Positions 38,520-50,644 are shown, counted from the whole stretch's first letter. The stretch is 57,775 nt of DNA, filler included, from Sphacelaria rigidula (GCA_964200075.2; 8 parts of 8 records of this genome joined end to end with filler, not necessarily neighbours in it); one strand, 5' to 3'. Numbers and translations: made by a program. The notes: generated from the letters alone by a model not told the origin.

Positions 38520-38984
38520 TGTAACGCGTGAGAGGACCGCGTGCTTAGAGGACCGCGCCGTAGTTCAAAATCACGGTTGCATATCGGATCGAGAACAAAG
38601 TTCGATAGATATTCTGAGATTATCGAACCACAATCGCCGATACATTTTCGTCGATATTCCGAAAATGACACGGTACGTATCGAGTACCGATATTCGATAC
38701 GATACGGCTGTTTTGGTGTGGCCGCAGTGTACAATACCGAGCAGTACCTTGACACCCTCACACCCTCACTCACTAGACTATTCTAGGTCGCAAAAGATAG
38801 CACACCCCCTGGACAGATTTGAACACCCGTATGGTTAGGGTTAGGGTCGGGGTTAGTGTTGGGGTTAGGGTCAGGGGCATGGTACCTGCAAGGACTGACC
38901 CGATTAGTTTTGAGAAATGTCGATCCTGAGGTATTTTTCACTACAGCGTGGTCCTCTAAGCACGCGGTCCTCTCACGCATTACA
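38520..38984. mobile_element. TGT...ACA MITE with telomere-like array and nested fragment
   Basis: TIR TGTAA(C/T)GCGTGAGAGGACCGCGTGCTTAGAGGACC at both ends; GGTTAGGGTTAGGG-like array at 38833-38877. Confidence 0.8.
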
Positions 38985-39344
38985 TTACGGTAGTTTCCAG
39001 GACAGCAGTGGACACATACATGATGTACAGCAGCGGGTAGTGTGTAAATTGACATCATAGCAGCGGCGGCATGCGGTGATGATGCAGCTGCCTTGCGAAT
39101 ATCTTTCGTCGTCGTGCAAGAGGTAGTTGATCACAGCGGGCCGGGTGTGGTATTGGTTATACTGTTTTCATTTCTACGCTCATTTTTCTGTGTGTTTTGA
39201 TCAAATGAGCGCATACTACCTCGACTCTCCACATTCATTAGAAAGGGAAAATGTGTCAAACCTCGTAAAATGCACGACCTCAGATGCGAGCTATTTTTTG
39301 TGAACGTCCTTCACTACCAATAACAGCGAACGTCGGCAGCATGC

Positions 39345-40140
39345 GTCAAGTTATGTGTTTTGGATGCCGAAAAATAAATATCTGTATGTCACCAACCAAG
39401 AAGAAAAAGTCACCACAACAAACTGGTTCATATTGAATACCCAAAATGTATTCCCCGGCTAATGACGTGCGCAATACCCAGCCAATATGCACAAATGTGT
39501 TCTCATACTGACCGCAATGAACAGGCGAAAAGGGTGACATAGCCGGATTTTTGTTTAAGGCTATAGCGGTGGCGCTGTGGACGAAAATATGTCTCGACCA
39601 ATCAGCGCCTTTAGACTGTTGCGAAAGTGAAAACACGAATTCCAAGCCCAATTTCCACCGAATCTCCACGTGGTTCAAATCGTAGTAACCGTCATCAGCT
39701 TGGGAATCTGACGTGAGAAACAGATTTGAAAACGGTTCCAAAGGGGTCCAATTTTGCCCAAAACCGTAATGTTTCGGTGATGTGGAGCTTTGGCGTCGTC
39801 TAATTTCCCCTCATGACAGGTACGAAGGACCTACGGAGCCTCGAGACGATTTCCCTTTCATCTCTTGGAGGAAAGCTCAGATCTTCCTCAAACTTGGCAG
39901 TTCCGTAGGTATCGATCCTCCAAATGGAAAAATATGCATTCTCGGCAAAATGTCAAAGTTTCTCCGGTCTCTACCGGCTCCCGGGGTCCCAGCATAAAGA
40001 CCCCAGGAAACCGGTACAGAATGCCCCAACACCAATTAATCGACATCTTCGGTTTAGGTGGTATCCCAAGGAGCATGTGTACTATTTTTCGTTGCTCAAC
40101 TCGAAAATCTGAATCGGCTGGGTCTTTTACCGTGAAAACA
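39345..40140. repeat. Dispersed non-autonomous element (inverted copy of 3365-3880)
   Basis: Long diverged reverse-complement match. Confidence 0.75.
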
Positions 40141-40163
40141 AACCCCAAAAAAGGCGATTCTGT

Positions 40164-40374
40164 TGTAATGCGTGAGAGGACCGCGTGTTTAGAGGACCGC
40201 GCCGTAGTTTAAAACACTTCAGGATCGACGTTGTTGAAAACCAATCGGGTCAGTCCCTGCAGGTACCACGCCCCTGACCATAACTCTAACACTAACCCTA
40301 AACCTAAACCTAACCAAAGGGATTTTCAAATTCAGATGCGATCCTCTGAGCACGCGGTCATCTCACGCATTACA
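40164..40374. mobile_element. 211-nt TGT...ACA MITE with (CCCTAA)-like array
   Basis: TIRs TGTAATGCGTGAGA / TCTCACGCATTACA; flanks CTGT and CCGT form an imperfect 4-bp TSD. Confidence 0.85.
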
Positions 40375-41148
40375 CCGTACTTGGATCAAGTAATTACATA
40401 ACTTTTTCATACTTCAGCGCACGTTTTGCATTTCCTCACGCCATTTTGTCGAGGTAGACCACGAAAATTTGCATATGTTTTGGAGGGCACTATATAAATT
40501 TCGAAGACCGGGGTTTTTTATAAATATTTTGTTGTTGGCATTTTATCCTAGGTCGGGGTTGAACTATTTGGCCGGGAGAGGGATCAGATCCCGACTATCT
40601 CGACACCAACAAAGAAAAGAAAAAAATAGGTCTTCAAGTTTTAGATAGTGCCTTCAAGAATATGTGTGCGAATTTTCATGGTCTAACTCGAGGAAACGGA
40701 GTGAGGAAATCCCGGGGGATGAATTTTGGGCGTTCAATCTGAGCCAGCTCGTAAGCTTGCAATAATTAGAATGTCCAGACTAATGGATGGAGGGGAAAAT
40801 AAATCCAACACTCGTCAAACATCAAGGAGAGGCGAAGCGATAGTACCATTTATTTCATACTCCGAAGGACAGCTGTTTTCTGTTGTTATCTGCAGCTTTG
40901 CATTGATCTTGACCTCATATCTACTCCGCCACGCCACTCGTATGATGCCGGTGGTGAACATCCCCGTGTCATAATGGTGGGATAGCTCATAATGCACTTG
41001 CTGAGGTCTCTCAGTACGAGTACCAGGAGATACCATTGGGTCCAGCTAACCCAAGCTCCCACGTGGGCACAACGTACGACCCATAGCTATCCACCAAGAA
41101 CAATTACACAGTAGGTTCATCCAAGTGCAGACTGTTGATTAGGAACTC

Positions 41149-41416
41149 NNNNNNNNNNNNNNNNNNNNNNNNNNNNNNNNNNNNNNNNNNNNNNNNNNNN
41201 NNNNNNNNNNNNNNNNNNNNNNNNNNNNNNNNNNNNNNNNNNNNNNNNNNNNNNNNNNNNNNNNNNNNNNNNNNNNNNNNNNNNNNNNNNNNNNNNNNNN
41301 NNNNNNNNNNNNNNNNNNNNNNNNNNNNNNNNNNNNNNNNNNNNNNNNNNNNNNNNNNNNNNNNNNNNNNNNNNNNNNNNNNNNNNNNNNNNNNNNNNNN
41401 NNNNNNNNNNNNNNNN
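41149..41416. other. Internal assembly gap
   Basis: 268 N without the linker motif; a 10-N gap is also present at 36510-36519. Confidence 0.98.
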
Positions 41417-41714
41417 TGTGGCGAAGCCGGAACAATTCCAACTAATGACAATAGCAAACGCGATAACAACGCGTCACGGAATCCAGGGTCTACGAGCAGA
41501 CCCGCACAGCGTATATCTTGCAACACCTCCGAGCTTCATCACACTAGCCCATCCTAGACAAGTCCTTATGCAGTTGAATCATCATCACCTCGGCACAATG
41601 CAATTGCGCAGAGGAACTTCAAAATTCAACGAGAAAGGGCTCTTCTACACTACACTCGCACAAAAGCATGGAGCGAAGAAAAAAATAAGAACTCTCCCAC
41701 ACCTCTAAAAGGCG

Positions 41715-41728
41715 TGAGTACGCCCCCG
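41715..41728 (+). mobile_element. 14-nt extreme 5'-truncated poly(C)-tailed element with 19-bp TSD
   Basis: CCCACACCTCTAAAAGGCG at 41696-41714 and 41729-41747 flanks TGAGTACGCCCCCG. Confidence 0.8.
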
Positions 41729-41822
41729 CCCACACCTCTAAAAGGCGAGTATCGCTACGATCCGACACAGCATCAAACGTTGAATTCACAAAAAGGAAAA
41801 CGTTGTATCTACGTGACACTCA

Positions 41823-42279
41823 TGCACCTATGTTGAACAAGACAACACACACGCAAGTCCATCTACAAAGTAAAGCACTAAATGGCACGTACGCGTAGAC
41901 TTCATCTACCAACGAGAAAAGGATGGAATGCCAGACAATCCGGGAAGAGGGGAGGGAAAACGCAGTTGCGGCATAGCATCGCGGCAAATGCGCTGGTCGG
42001 ACGCAGATCCACGTGAACTCCACGTCTTTGTTCGACTCCGTCCCGACACATCCGTCGCGTATAGCGAGAGTGGCACCCCGCTTGTTTCCTTGGCACGGCG
42101 TTTGAAGTATCAAACCTGCCTTGAAAAGGCGTGCAGCATGAAGTACAATGCGATGGGGGGGGGGGGAACTACGCAGCAACAGGGAGATAAAAGTGGGGAT
42201 GCAGCCGAGGTTCAGGTTTGGTGTGCTCGAAGTGCGAAATTCAAAATCCTGCGGGAGTGGGCACGAGCCCATCCAAGAC
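41823..42279. mobile_element. 457-nt insertion with 8-bp direct repeat, no TIRs (SINE-like)
   Basis: GACACTCA at 41815-41822 and 42280-42287. Confidence 0.55.
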
Positions 42280-42287
42280 GACACTCA

Positions 42288-42790
42288 GGATAAAAAGCCA
42301 AGGGTCATTTGTGAGAACTCTCGTTCAGCCCGGCAGATCAACTATCGCGTGTTATGAGCAAAGCGTGATGTCAATCAAAAAACAATCCGTCAGGACGCAA
42401 TACCCAACTCAAAGCAATCGTCCGGCGGAGATACGGCCTACAACAAGGGCGGTATGATTGGTCATTCCCGGGGGAACACTGGACCACGAGCAACGGAACG
42501 ACACAAGAGAACACACCGGTGTCGCCAGCTGACCAGGCTGCGCCACGGGATAGGAGTAGAACAAACAAACGAACACATCCAGATGAATTGGCGAGAATCA
42601 GTAACTCACTTCAACCTGAAAAAGTCGTCGGGCATCAATACGGCCTACAACAAGGGCGGTATCATTAGCCGTACACGGTGTAACCAAGGACCCGTGCAAC
42701 GAAACGATGTAACGGATGACTCCCGTGCGGCGAGCTCTCTTGGCTGGCGGCGGGGGGTTAAGCAGTGATAACAACAAACACACCCAGAGA
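42288..42790 (+). mobile_element. Gypsy integrase C-terminal relic with two chromodomain-like repeats
   Basis: LKAIVRRRYGLQQGRYDW and PEKVVGHQYGLQQGRYH; the block ATACGGCCTACAACAAGGGCGGTAT is duplicated. Confidence 0.5.
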
Positions 42791-43308
42791 AAGAGTAGTC
42801 AAAATTCCAAACATGTAGGAGGCTGGACTAAATAAATCTACAGTCCTCTCATCGCGTGAAGGAACCTCGAAGACAAAAATGAAAAAATAACACTAGATGC
42901 TCAGGGGACACGGACAGAGATGCGACAGCAATAAGAAATGTGACTATGGGTACTAGAAACGCAGTCACCAATGAGGCGAACTCAGCATAAAGAAACACAA
43001 TACCAAAACCTGTGAGGGGCTACAAATGCAGCAAAGGGGAGGGATGGGGTCTACGATATTTGACCAGATCGGATTGGGAGATCTAAATCCGCTAAGGTGA
43101 GGGGGGCTACGATCTGATATCTGACCAGATCGGATTAGGGTTCTGAAATTCGCCAAGGGGTGCTCATCGCTCGCCGCATCGCCAAGGGATGCGGACGGTG
43201 TGTCATAGCAACTCAAGTCAAGCTTACGATACAACCGATGTTGGGGGGGGGGGGGGGGAGGCTTTCTCATGTATTGATTGCTTTAGTCTACGTACCATTG
43301 ACAGAGCA

Positions 43309-43408
43309 NNNNNNNNNNNNNNNNNNNNNNNNNNNNNNNNNNNNNNNNNNNNTTAATTAATTAANNNNNNNNNNNNNNNNNNNNNNNNNNNNNNNNNNNN
43401 NNNNNNNN
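43309..43408. other. Artificial scaffold spacer
   Basis: N44-TTAATTAATTAA-N44. Confidence 0.99.
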
Positions 43409-43532
43409 AGCATTCATACACTACGTCACATACTGTATGGTTACGTTTTCTTCACGTATTTATTTTCTTTTTTTCTCGTCTCCCCCCCCCCCCCCCCCTC
43501 CCCCCTCCCCCGCCCTCAACACGCCTCCACAG

Positions 43533-43649
43533 GTATTGCTGGCGGATAACCTATTTATCGATATGGCAGGAGTATTTGAGTATGACTTTGAGCTCAAAGA
43601 AAAAGGAGAACATCGAAAATTCTTGACTCAGACAGCGTCGTTCAAGCAG
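43533..43649 (+). CDS. PPP4R3: Protein phosphatase 4 regulatory subunit 3 (SMEK/PSY2), internal exon
   Basis: cag|VLLADNLFIDMAGVFEYDFELKEKGEHRKFLTQTASFKQ|gtgagt matches the SMK-1 domain G.LEYD....HR.FL...A.FK motif. Confidence 0.92.
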
Positions 43650-44027
43650 GTGAGTGCTCCGACGGAATGACCAACGTATCAAGTAGGAAAGGCGGCGTTG
43701 TTTGTCCCAACTTCTGGGACCCTAGAATACGGGTAATACCGCACCATCCAGCTGGTGCTGAGTTTTTGCGGTTCACACACTCATCACGAAGAGGAGAGGG
43801 GTGGTACGCGGCGTACAGTACACCGGCATAGTTTTTGTGGATGCTGTCATACAGCAGGGGGCGGTCTAACTATTCAGGGGGGTTTTGGGGATTTTCCTCG
43901 CATACTACTCCTCGATAGAACTCGAAATTGCTAGCGTGGGTACATTTTGGTACAATAAACAGATCATCCTCGAAACACAGGCGTGCCCAAGTTAGTGTGA
44001 ATTGGTGTTATCGGGCGATACTAGTAA

Positions 44028-44289
44028 GGACACTTTCTACGATAGCCCCCCCCCCAAAAAAAAAAAAAAAAGTGCATGGTTTTGGGAGGGGAAAAATTCA
44101 AGCAAAACCAAAACGGCAAAAGCCAAGCACAACGAGAAGCTGGGAATTCCTACGCTTGGGTTCTTTCTAGCCAATGTCACCAATATGAGGAGCTTCATTC
44201 AGCCTGAACCCGAACATCAGGTTCTTCATGGCCACTTTTTTCGTGACACTTTTAGCTGGTTTTGGGGGTGGCTATCGTAGAAAGTGTTC
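44028..44289. mobile_element. Intronic MITE
   Basis: TIR ACACTTTCTACGATAGCC / GGCTATCGTAGAAAGTGT. Confidence 0.85.
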
Positions 44290-45193
44290 AAGTACCCCGT
44301 TCGTCAGGAGGGTTTCCAGGCTCTACTGCAATCAGTGAGTCGGTAGAATTTTAAAAAATGAAACTGTACATTTCTTCACAAATATGATCGTGACAGACTC
44401 GATCGATCGGAAATACCGAAAAGAAAGAATCTTGGCCGAAACGTGGCAGGACCCCCGATGACCGGTTAGCCCGTAAGTCACTCAATATTGAGTACACATG
44501 ATTCTTTTTCTTGGAATGTGAAACGGATGCAAATATCTTCACATCCCCAATGTTATGAGCGGTGGCAAACGAAAATAGTCCAAGAAAACCATTAATTACG
44601 AAAAAATCACACCATGCCACAAAATGAGTAGTTGGATCGCCCACTACTGTACTCGTGGTGTGAAAACACAGCCGATCTCATTGTAATAATGGAGTATTGC
44701 ATGTTTCGGGGCCGTGTTGAACACCATATTGCGCGGTAGGTATGAGAGGAGTGAAACGAGTGAGGGTTCGAGTGATAATCTCGTGACAAGAAAGCCGGGG
44801 AGGTCAAAGTCAAAGTCAGAGTGAGGGTGAAGTTTGTGCAAGAAAATATTATGTGTAGGACCGTCGATGCGTTGTGTACTGAACTGTTGGGGGCATGTTT
44901 TTGTATGAAGTAAAGCATGGGTGGCAGTATCTATATTGAGATGTACAGGATATGAAGCAATTTATTCGACGCTGTCATCTATTCCCAACATAGTACGCTT
45001 TGGGCCAAACAATCTTAGCCTCATGACAAACATCTAACGTATGTCATGTCGTCGAACATCGAGGTTTCTGTCTTTTTTGCGCTCTTGCATTTTTATTGCG
45101 GTAATCTTTATGGAAGTCTAGCTAGATCATGTTGTGCGGGATTGAAGAAGCTGAAAATTGCGCAAAGAGGATGACTATACCACGTAGTGTTGA

Positions 45194-45516
45194 CATGGTG
45201 AGACACCCATGAGGCAGTGGATACGCCGTGGATGTCTCTGGAAGTGGCGATACCAGAAAATAAAAAGCAACACATTATAGGCTGTCATCCAAATACAAGA
45301 TAATCAGTAGTCTTCGGGCCGAACAATCTTAGCAGGGTGCAGCTCACGCTTCATGTGACTCGCCGAACACATCACAGCGCCTCGCGCTTGGGGATTGACT
45401 GCGAGCATGGTCCGGCGAAAACCCGGCGTGGTCCGTCCCGGCTTTGTAGGGATGCGAGGTCAATGGTCATATGACTATGGCATGCACGGCCATGAGTACA
45501 CTGCCCCCCCCCCCCC
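45194..45516 (+). mobile_element. Poly(C)-tailed element, subfamily A, intronic
   Basis: Reverse complement of 49372-49682; ends CATGAGTACACTG-C13. Confidence 0.8.
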
Positions 45517-45542
45517 GCCTCCTTCCGTATTCCCAATTGCAG

Positions 45543-45700
45543 GTACTGCCGATCCCGGATGAGGAGGTGGTCCAACGGATCCACCAGAATTTTCGAGTAA
45601 CGTTCCTCAAGGATTCGTTGCTTCGGCCTATGATGGACGACGCGGTGGTGAGCACGCTCAACTCCCTCACGTACTTCAACAACACAGAGATCCTACAGAG
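45543..45700 (+). CDS. PPP4R3: PP4R3 internal exon
   Basis: cag|VLPIPDEEVVQRIHQNFRVTFLKDSLLRPMMDDAVVSTLNSLTYFNNTEILQ|gtgagc (phase 2), carrying the conserved IHQ..R...L.D motif. Confidence 0.94.
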
Positions 45701-46469
45701 GTGAGCAGACCATGTGTGCTTTTGGTGCTGCGTACGGTATAATAGTACACTATGATATAATAGTAGCTCTTCAACAGTGGTCGCGAGGCACTTCTCATCA
45801 GATGTTACCTTTGAGTGAGTGTTCTTGCTCGTGAATTCGTTGGGCATTTTTTTTTTCGGTCATAATTCATTATTTGATGCTGCTGCTCCTGCTGTTGCTG
45901 CTGCTTTTTTTTTTAATTTTTGTAAATATTCATTCCGACTAGTGTTTCACGAACGGAACCTGATGTACGTAGTAAAATTTCTCTGGGAAGGTCACGTCCG
46001 CTCCTTTTTTTATTATTCTTCATTCTTTATTTCTCATGTGTTTGAATCAGCAGAGCTTACCCGAGTAACCCCTCCCCCCCCAAGTTATCCATGGTTGATC
46101 TTCCTTGATTTGAGTGGAAACACTTATATTCGATCTTTGGTGGGGCTGACAGTCCTGTGTGCTTCCTAGCGTGTGCTCAAAAGACGTTTTTGTCCCACTC
46201 GGCGCCGCAGCGATGATTTGAGGTCTTCCGGCGCGCGTTTCACCTAAGGCACCCTTTGCACCCACCCCCCGTTGCCCGAGGGTTACTGGTATATCCTGGG
46301 TTGGGGTTACCCGTTGGGGTCAGCGTTATTTTTTAATTGCGTCGACCGTGGATAATCTAGAGCCGAACTGGGGTAGAACCCACGTTGCTTGAACGCTACT
46401 TTTGTTGGATGTTCCAAGGGCGTGTCTTAGCACATGAAAATTCGAATCGATATTGTGCGGTGCAATAGG

Positions 46470-46710
46470 AAACCTCTGATCTGATAGGTTGTGATTTCAA
46501 CTCTCGTTGTTTATCTTGATGGTTGGAATCACGACGTATCAGATCGTAAGTTTTGTTTTTCCACCGCAGTTTTTCGATCGAAAATGTGCGGTGGAAAAGG
46601 AAAAGACCGCTCTGACAGGCCGTGATTTCAACCATCGTCACTCGTATTGCAGATGATGGTTGAAGTCACGACCTGTCAGATCGGAATATTTGTTTTCCAC
46701 CGCACTTTTT
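46470..46710. repeat. Two tandem ~70 nt hairpins, MITE-like
   Basis: TCTGATAGGTTGTGATTTCAAC / GTTGGAATCACGACGTATCAGA, and TCTGACAGGCCGTGATTTCAACCATC / GATGGTTGAAGTCACGACCTGTCAGA. Confidence 0.7.
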
Positions 46711-46840
46711 GAATCTAAAAATGATGAGCTAAGACACGGCCGAAGACACACGGCCTAACTCAACAAAAACATCGGCAAAAAAACATACGAAAACAACAGA
46801 CGAAGCCTTTCATGCTCTTTTTTTTTGTCACTTCACGCAG

Positions 46841-46976
46841 CTTGCAACATTCGGACTACGTGAAGGACGTGTTCATGCTGCTGAACGATCCGGTGACCGC
46901 TAGCACGGGAGGGGAAAAGCGACGGGATATACTCATGTTCTTGAGGGAGCTGTTTAACATGGCGAAAACCTTACAG
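46841..46976 (+). CDS. PPP4R3: PP4R3 internal exon
   Basis: cag|(S)LQHSDYVKDVFMLLNDPVTASTGGEKRRDILMFLRELFNMAKTLQ|gtgcgt; phase matches the previous exon. Confidence 0.92.
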
Positions 46977-48884
46977 GTGCGTATTTTGTGTATGCATGTA
47001 CACTACTGCTGCCTCAGTAGCCCTCCCCCCAGGGAATATTGCGTGAATTATTATTATTTTGCTGTAGTCAGTTGATCAATTAAAATGGTGGATTTGATTG
47101 TTGGGTCATGCGTGGATTTGTGGGTTGTGCTTCGACCTTGTGGTGTGTTCGCGTTGCACTTTTTTGCGGGGGGGGGAGGCGGGGGCTTTTAGATTTGTTG
47201 GAAGGTGGGGACCAAGATACGCCAGAGTATTCGTGCATAGCGAGGACTATTCGAGGGTTTTCCACCACGTGCGAAGGTGAAGTCTCCCAAATGACCATGT
47301 GTATTCTATTTTATTTTGTTATCGGTTTCAGAAACATTTGGACACGTGGCAAAAACAAGGAAAAAGTCATGTTTGCGGTAGGTACCGCCGGGTCACGTGA
47401 GTGAAGAAAAAGCCTTGGCATGGTCATAATCTCCCCAAAGCGATAGGAAACCAAACCTTGATTATTGTTCGTTTGTTTTTTTCGCTTTTTTTCCCTGATG
47501 GAAACTTGTGCGATGGCGACCACGCAGCCATAAGGTATACCGTTGGATATATATGCCTGTCATAATCCGGAGATCTCTTGGTAGGAAAGGAAATGTTACG
47601 GCAGTGCGGAACCTCTTTTGCTCTGTTGACAATAAATGACGTATTATTTTTTTTGGTTACCTCGGATTATGATGATCCAAGGGAACAGTGCAGGGTCCCT
47701 GTATAGTGCAGTGGATCGCCAGCCTGGCATGACCGCGATATGCTGGGGCACCGTAGTCTACCGGTATGGTGATTCAGTTGATATTAGTACAGCATATCGG
47801 ACTTGAGTGACATGAGAGATTTTGACTGCATTATTGTGGGATTCCCACTGTATGTCGCAGAGAGAGCTCACATACTATGAAATAGAGGCCGCGAACACAG
47901 TATACACATGATCCCATGTACTGTAGTGAGATAGAGAGCGCTGCTTCATCACTTGCTGATGTTCTTGTTCTTGTTCTTTTCTTTTTGTTTCTCTTTTGAA
48001 TGTCAGTCTACGTACTCTGTTCACATACATTTTCTTCGTCGTGGTGTTATATGTGTTCCCCTTCCACCAAAAAAACTAAATTGCCAAAAAGCCCAACCCA
48101 TTATTTCCTCAAGTGGACGAAAAAAAAACAGCAGTGGAATTACAAAGGTCATTTTTTTAACCATCGTCATTACCATTTCGATGTCCCCCCCCCCTCCGTC
48201 AATTTGAATTATTATCAAGATCTTTCGAAGTTGGGCGCGAAACTATTTGTACATGTATACAAATAATGATTTGATATCTTGTGTAGAATCAGATATGTTT
48301 TTTTAAGATGACCACTTTCACTTCTCTCTCTCTCTTTTTTCGCTTCACCACGCCTTTTTCTCTAGTTTCTCCCTTCTCATCTTGTTGTTTGAAAACACTG
48401 TACTCGTCGTATACTCCTCCCCTCGGTTCTACCGTGCTAGGACTTTACTCGTGCTCTGTTCAGTTGTAGAGTTCAGGTTCGTGGATATAGTGCACTAGTG
48501 TGTACTACGCCCAGATTGTTTGGAGTTCAGAGTCATTTCTCCCCGGCACCGGACACGCTAGAGTAAAGTATCAAGCTGCCCGGTAAATGGGAGAAAAATC
48601 CTTCATGGAAAGCAGCACAGGCAGGAGAACGAACTTCTGGAAGTCCAGAGACGCCGGGAGCGTATTGTCGACATGTTGAGTGTTTCCCTTCATCACCTTT
48701 GGCGGGCACTATCTTATGACCACGTTTGAATCAATTTGTACAATAGCGGATCTATTAATGTGCAGCAGCTGATTGATCAATCCGTCAATTATAATAATAA
48801 AACCAGTAACCTGGTTGCCTAGCTTACGCAGTAAGTGGCGTGTTTTGTAGCGTCATCGCCAACCGACGTCAACCCCATCGGAGG

Positions 48885-49071
48885 TCCGCCCCTATAAAGC
48901 CGGGACAAAGCACCCCGGGTTCTCGCCGGACCAGGCTGAATTTTGGAGGTGTCTCCATTAAGAGTAAGAACGGTGCTCCGTCTCGAAAGGGATGCGTGGT
49001 CAATGGTCAGGCGACTAAGGCAAGCAACGAATGAGTACGCGCCCACCCCCACCCCCACCCCCACCCCCACC
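48885..49071 (+). mobile_element. Poly(C)-tailed element, subfamily B, with (CCCCCA)n tail, fused to an inverted subfamily A piece
   Basis: 48945-49040 matches the B consensus; 48885-48938 is the reverse complement of the A sequence at 45408-45452. Confidence 0.75.
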
Positions 49072-49147
49072 TTCCCTTTTGGTCGCCCTGGACGTTTCGT
49101 ACGTGCGTTTTATTTTGTTTGCTGCTCGGATCGTTTTTGATTTGAAG

Positions 49148-49204
49148 GTGACGCCAAGGGATGCCTTCTATCGGCACCTGTGGGATGAGGTGCCGCTCTT
49201 CGAG
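49148..49204 (+). CDS. PPP4R3: PP4R3 internal exon
   Basis: aag|VTPRDAFYRHLWDEVPLFE|gtgggt corresponds to LQPQNRDAFFKTL of animal SMEK. Confidence 0.85.
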
Positions 49205-49371
49205 GTGGGTGTATGTGGGATACATGCTCATGCTCATGTACTGCTACACTACACTCTAGGGGAAACGGGGTGTAGTTATAATCTTGCATGCCGTAGACAT
49301 TATACAAGTGACACTCGCATCGCGGAGAAGGGGGAGGGGGAAGGCGTAGAAGGGGGACAGAAAAAAGGAGG

Positions 49372-49682
49372 GTGGGGGTGTACTCCTGATCTTGCATGCC
49401 ATAGTCATGAGACCGTTCACCTCGTATCTCTAAAAAGAGTCGGGACGGAGCACGCCGGGTTTTCGCTGGACTAGGCTCGCAATAAATTTCCAAGCGCGAG
49501 GCGCCGTGGTGTGTTCGGCGAGTCGCATGAAGGGCGAGCTGCATCCTGCTAAGATTGTTCCGCCCGAAGCCTACTGATTATCTTGCACTTGGATAACAAC
49601 CTCCAAGTTGCTTCATTTTTTGGTGTAGCCACTTCCAGAGACAGCCACGGCTTATACACTGCCTCATGGGTGTCTCACCATG
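49372..49682 (-). mobile_element. Poly(C)-tailed element, subfamily A, intronic
   Basis: GGGGGTGTACTCCTGATCTTGCATGCCATAGTCATGAGACC...; an internal piece also occurs at 17050-17160. Confidence 0.8.
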
Positions 49683-50132
49683 GAGACGGGGGGGGGGGGC
49701 ATCGTGATGCGCAATGGATTTGCAAACCAGGGATGACGGCACTACTGCACCGCGTCGACTTACATTCAACGAACACAGTAAAAGAAAATCTTCGTGATAC
49801 TCATGAACTGAAGCGTTCAACCATGGAAATCGGATGCTGTACTTGACGCAGAAAAATACCAACTAAGCGCACCTGGCGAGAATCAACCTTGCAAATAGTT
49901 ACCCGTTGTTCTAGTGGTGTCAGTGGTACGATTATACGTGACTTGACTGCTTCTCCATCACTAGTTGTGTTGCGTCATCGCGCTCCGTGGAAACAGCCGA
50001 CGACTGCCTCTGTTGTAGGATGATGAGAGACATTCGTGAATGAATATATGAATGTGTGTACCCGCGTGTGTCATGGTTTAATCTGTGTAGATGTCATATG
50101 TGCGTGTCATGATCCATTTTATTGTATAACAG

Positions 50133-50254
50133 GTATTCGTCCCCGTACTGGCGGACGCGCAAGCGACGGTGCCAGAGCGAATGGCGTGCATGGAAGTCCT
50201 CCTGGCCTCGCTCACCCACGATCCTGCCCTGTTCAGGACCCACGTCCTCAAGCA
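50133..50254 (+). CDS. PPP4R3: PP4R3 internal exon
   Basis: cag|VFVPVLADAQATVPERMACMEVLLASLTHDPALFRTHVLK|gtgagt matches R.A..DI......P...R. Confidence 0.87.
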
Positions 50255-50542
50255 GTGAGTATGTCGCGAACCCCCCCCCCCCATCCCACATACACACACT
50301 ATTCCTCATCCTTTGTGCCGTATTGATTGATTGATTGTCGTACTTTAGCTGACCCCCCAGATGTCCAGCCATGGTCTCATGATAAACGTTCCCAAAAAAA
50401 AAAAAACACTGAAGCACTAGCTGAAGAAAAGAGAAGAAACAGGAAAAAAGTCGAACATAACGACATACAGGCTGGGCCGCCCAAGAAGCTCACTTTCCTT
50501 CAGCCCGTTCTAACTCGAGATGTATCGCGAGTTGTGCCCACT

Positions 50543-50642
50543 NNNNNNNNNNNNNNNNNNNNNNNNNNNNNNNNNNNNNNNNNNNNTTAATTAATTAANN
50601 NNNNNNNNNNNNNNNNNNNNNNNNNNNNNNNNNNNNNNNNNN
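50543..50642. other. Artificial scaffold spacer
   Basis: N44-TTAATTAATTAA-N44. Confidence 0.99.
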
Positions 50643-50644
50643 CT

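Noticed and set aside
12203-49682. Reading subfamilies A and B as left and right TIRs of a GGG-ended DNA transposon
   Set aside because: Single-ended copies carry long variable TSDs (12, 17 and 19 bp), which fits TPRT better. Only one composite copy supports the TIR reading.
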